NCBI GenBank assembly: GCA_964291655.2
Contig: OZ219802.1
Coordinates: forward strand, 1,152,001-1,216,000
From: Chloroflexota bacterium
Lineage (GTDB): Bacteria > Chloroflexota > UBA11872 > VXOZ01
Reading direction: 5' to 3'
DNA length: 64,000 bases
The stretch's first letter is position 1, and every line of letters starts with the position of its first letter. The position numbers and the translations under genes were made by a program. The notes beneath the pieces are model-generated. The model worked only from the letters and a program-made list of their open reading frames with translations, ran no database searches and was not told the DNA's origin. Of this stretch, positions 60,719 to 64,000 are shown piece by piece.

Positions 60719-60953
60719 GCTTCATCGAGCAAGTGGGATTGGCAGATGTTTTTGAGTCTGCCGTCAACCCAGTGATAGGGGCATTCCTGCGGCACGCACG
60801 CACATCTCATGCCGTTACTGCTACAGCCCACTAGGCGACTGAGTTCGACTTGCGTAGCGTTTCTTGCGAGTGAAACAAGAACGGCACAGAGGTAGGTATG
60901 CTGCGATATAGGCAGTGTATAATCGTCATAAACGAAAGTTTAGCACTCTCGTT

Positions 60954-61250
60954 GTGCATATCGTCAATCCTGATCGGCTCATTAGATTCTGGGAGCGTCA
61001 CTCCGATGCCAAGCAACAGCTAGAAGCTTGGTATGATCGGGTGTGTGAGGAAGATTGGGACACGCCGGCCAAATTGAAAGAACTTCACGGCAGAGCAAGT
61101 ATAGTTGGCAAGCGTCGCGCCGTCTTTAGGGTCAAAGGCAATAGCTATAGGGTGGTAGTAGAAGTCAACTACAAACGCAGGATAGTTGACATCCGATTCA
61201 TTGGTACGCACGCCCAGTACGACCGCATCAAGGATATCAGGGAGGTCTAA
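60954..61250 (+). CDS. higB: HigB-family mRNA interferase toxin
   Basis: FWERHSDA, LEAWY, WDTPA, VFRVKGNSYR, IRFIGTHAQYD. Confidence 0.88.
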   Translation: MHIVNPDRLIRFWERHSDAKQQLEAWYDRVCEEDWDTPAKLKELHGRASIVGKRRAVFRVKGNSYRVVVEVNYKRRIVDIRFIGTHAQYDRIKDIREV

Positions 61251-61252
61251 GG

Positions 61253-61573
61253 ATGGCACACTCTGAACCCATACGCACGGAGCAGGAATATCAGGCTGCG
61301 CTAACTAGGATTCGTGAGATATTCCATGCAGAGGAAGGCACGCCTGAGGGCGATGAGCTTGAAAGTCTCGTCGACCTTGTAGAGAAATATGCAGAAAAGC
61401 ACTACCCGGTCGATCCGCCCAGCCTAATTGCAGCTATCGAATATGACTTGGACCAAAGAGGCCTGACTCTAAGAGATTTGATCCCTTTCGCTGGCGTCTA
61501 TGCCAAGGTGACTGAAGGCTCATCAGCCAAGCTGGACTGGCAGTCATTGAGTCTGACATCAGCACAACAATAG
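61253..61573 (+). CDS. higA: HigA-family antitoxin (degenerate HTH)
   Basis: PIRTEQEYQAAL, GTPEGDELE, KHYP; follows higB. Confidence 0.8.
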   Translation: MAHSEPIRTEQEYQAALTRIREIFHAEEGTPEGDELESLVDLVEKYAEKHYPVDPPSLIAAIEYDLDQRGLTLRDLIPFAGVYAKVTEGSSAKLDWQSLSLTSAQQ

Positions 61574-61604
61574 GGTACATCACTTCAACTAAGGAGGTCG
61601 GTCA

Positions 61605-63389
61605 ATGATCAATGAGTTGGCCACCGCTATTGATGATGACCTTTCTTTACATGACAGTGCGTACACGGAATTCCAAAAAGGCTTTGCATGTCAGAATAGG
61701 GCAGATGAAGCGAAGACTTCGGCAACAAAGAATCATCTGCTAGAGAGTGCAATCTACCACTACGATAGATCGATAGAACGCAAGCCGGATCTCGCCGTAG
61801 CCTATAATAACCGAGGCAATGCAAGAACCGAACTTGGCCGCCGTGAGGACGCTATATCCGATCACAATAGAGCAATTTTCCTAAGGCCTGACTATGCCGT
61901 GGCGTTCAGTAACCGAGGAATTACAAAACAGACGCTTGGCAAATATGAGTCTGCCATTTCTGACTTTGATAAAGCTATCTCCTTGGACCCAAATCTTGCC
62001 GAAGCGTTCATCAACAGGGGTGTCGCATACTACGAACTAGGAAAATTCGAGTTGGCGATCTCCAACCATGATCGGGCAATACATCTCTACCCAGAATCCG
62101 CTGTTGCTTACTATGATCGCGCTCTAGCGAAAAACAAGCTTGGTTTCTATGCGGAAGCCATTGTCGACTGCAACCAAGCAATCCTCCTTAAAGCAGATTA
62201 CGCCGACGCCTACAATAACCGAGGCGTCGCTAAGGAATATCTAGGCCGATACACAGATGCGATTGCCGACTATGACAGGGCAATTTGCTATAACTCAAAG
62301 TATGCCGAAGCCTACAATAATCGGGGCGTCGCAAAGAGCAACCTGGGCCATGACGAATGTGCAATCGTCGACTATGATAGGGCAATTTGCCTCAATCCAG
62401 ACTACGCAGAAGCTTACAACAATCGAGGCGTTGCAAAGAACAACCTGGGCAGGCATACAGAAGCTATCGCCGACCACGACAATGCTATCTGCCTAAACCC
62501 GAGCTATGCCTTGGCCTACACCAATCGGGCAGGCGCAAAGATCGAACTCGACCGCCACGAAGATGCTATCGCAGACTGCAACAGAGCCATCGAGTTGCAG
62601 CCATCTGCTTCAGCCTACTTTAATCGGGGACAGATAAAGAACAAACTCGGTCACATAATAGAAGCAATCTCCGACTACAATGAGGCTTTGCTCCAAGATG
62701 AGAAGTATGCCAGAGCTTACTTGGCTCGCGGCAATGCGAAAAGCGCTCTCCACAAATATGAGAACGCTATTTCCGATTTTGACCAGACAATTCTCCTTGA
62801 CCCGAATAACGCGGAATCTTATAACAACCGGGGTATGGCCAAGGCAAAACTGGGGCTATACCAGGATTCAATTGCCGACTACGACAGAGCGATACGTCTA
62901 GGGACATCCTATGCTGAAGCCTACTATAATCGGGCGAATGCCCATGTTGCCCTAAGTCACTATGAAGAGGCTATTCCCGATTACGATGAAGCAATCAGGC
63001 TACAACCAGATTCTGCCCCGGCTTACTACAACCGGGGTCATGCAAAGAGCACCCTTGGCCTCTATGAGAATGCCATCCCTGACTACGACCAAGCGATTTG
63101 CCTTCAACCAGACTTGGCCACAGCCTACGCCGCCCGAGGCAATGCCAAAGCAGGCCTTGGCCAACATGAGGAGTTCATGGCCGACTATGAGGAGGCAATC
63201 CGCATAAAGCCAGACTTTGCCGAAGCCTATTACATTCGGGGCGCGGTCAGAGCCGCGTTGGGAAGCGGCGAAGATGCCAGAGAGGATCTTGAGACCGCTC
63301 TAAGTCTCGTAGAAGAGGCAAGCAACGACAAACTCAAAGCCGCCATTGAAGCAAGCCTTCAAGAGCTCAATAAGGAACAAGAGGACTGA
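61605..63389 (+). CDS. TPR-repeat protein
   Basis: About 15 tandem AYxNRG...AIxDYDxAI repeats; AAGGAGGT SD. Confidence 0.92.
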   Translation: MINELATAIDDDLSLHDSAYTEFQKGFACQNRADEAKTSATKNHLLESAIYHYDRSIERKPDLAVAYNNRGNARTELGRREDAISDHNRAIFLRPDYAVAFSNRGITKQTLGKYESAISDFDKAISLDPNLAEAFINRGVAYYELGKFELAISNHDRAIHLYPESAVAYYDRALAKNKLGFYAEAIVDCNQAILLKADYADAYNNRGVAKEYLGRYTDAIADYDRAICYNSKYAEAYNNRGVAKSNLGHDECAIVDYDRAICLNPDYAEAYNNRGVAKNNLGRHTEAIADHDNAICLNPSYALAYTNRAGAKIELDRHEDAIADCNRAIELQPSASAYFNRGQIKNKLGHIIEAISDYNEALLQDEKYARAYLARGNAKSALHKYENAISDFDQTILLDPNNAESYNNRGMAKAKLGLYQDSIADYDRAIRLGTSYAEAYYNRANAHVALSHYEEAIPDYDEAIRLQPDSAPAYYNRGHAKSTLGLYENAIPDYDQAICLQPDLATAYAARGNAKAGLGQHEEFMADYEEAIRIKPDFAEAYYIRGAVRAALGSGEDAREDLETALSLVEEASNDKLKAAIEASLQELNKEQED

Positions 63390-63428
63390 ATTACAGACCT
63401 GCTCACCGAGAGCGGGAGCAAATCGCGG

Positions 63429-64000
63429 CTAATTGATTACCACGCCCTCTTGGCCGGCGATGCTGATCTGTTGGGCTACTGCGCCAGCGACCTCGCGGTA
63501 GATGGCGGCCAGGGGTGAGTCCGGTTGGGTGGCCGCGATGGGTTTGCCTTCATCGCCGCCCTCGCGGATGGCGACGTTCAGAGGCACCTCGCCGAGGAAG
63601 GGCACGCCCATAGCTTCCGCCGCCTGGCGCGCGCCGCCGTGGCTGAAAATTTCCGTACGCTCGTCGCAGTGGGGGCAGAGGAAGTAGCTCATATTCTCCA
63701 CGATACCCAGGATGGGCACGCGCAGTTGTTGGAACATGCCGATGGCTTTGCGGGCGTCTGCCAGCGCCACGTCCTGCGGCGTGCAGACGATCACCGCGCC
63801 CGCGCCGGGAATGGATTGCGCCAGGCTGAGGGGGGCGTCGCCAGTGCCGGGGGGCAGATCGACAACCAGGTAGTCGCGCTCGCCCCAGTGGACGTCGCCG
63901 AGAAATTGCGTGAGCAAGCGGTGGACGATAGGCCCACGCCAGATCATGGCCTGCTCCGGCTTAATGACAAAACCGGCGGACATGAGCGTAATGCCGTAGG
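63429..64000 (-). CDS. mrp: Mrp/ApbC Fe-S cluster carrier ATPase (5' part outside window)
   Basis: WRGP, DLPPGTGD, TPQDVA, ENMSYFLCPHC. Confidence 0.92.
   Translation of the reverse strand, partial: YGITLMSAGFVIKPEQAMIWRGPIVHRLLTQFLGDVHWGERDYLVVDLPPGTGDAPLSLAQSIPGAGAVIVCTPQDVALADARKAIGMFQQLRVPILGIVENMSYFLCPHCDERTEIFSHGGARQAAEAMGVPFLGEVPLNVAIREGGDEGKPIAATQPDSPLAAIYREVAGAVAQQISIAGQEGVVIN

Noticed and set aside
60940-60966. CIRCE element (TTAGCACTC)
   Set aside because: Only a half-site; GAGTGCTAA is absent at 9-bp spacing

Overview
GC-rich bacterial chromosome segment, probably Chloroflexota. This is inferred from gene content and synteny; the TPR and RCC1-repeat proteins and dense palindromic repeats would fit a host-associated lineage. 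Housekeeping core: rpmH-rnpA-yidD-yidC-jag, birA, tRNA-Cys, recR/ybaB, S1, clpC-radA-ispD-ispF-cysE-cysS, a Liv-type ABC transporter and a partial mrp/apbC. The main candidate for a novel system is a compact dop / 74-aa GGE-ending peptide / pafA cassette (39.0-42.6 kb). It looks like Pup/UBact-type protein tagging but has no adjacent ARC ATPase or proteasome genes, and it is bracketed by inverted REP arrays. The second theme is a mobile-element ecosystem around one G-rich palindromic repeat (CCCTCACCCCGGCCCTCTCCC...GGGAGAGGG). Two IS481 elements and four IS481-derived MITEs all sit at the same position (+/-1 nt) in this motif. An IS1182 element and GAGACC-ended MITEs sit in its loop, and an IS1595 element carrying passenger genes sits beside it. 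All assignments come from reading motifs by eye; no database searches were run.
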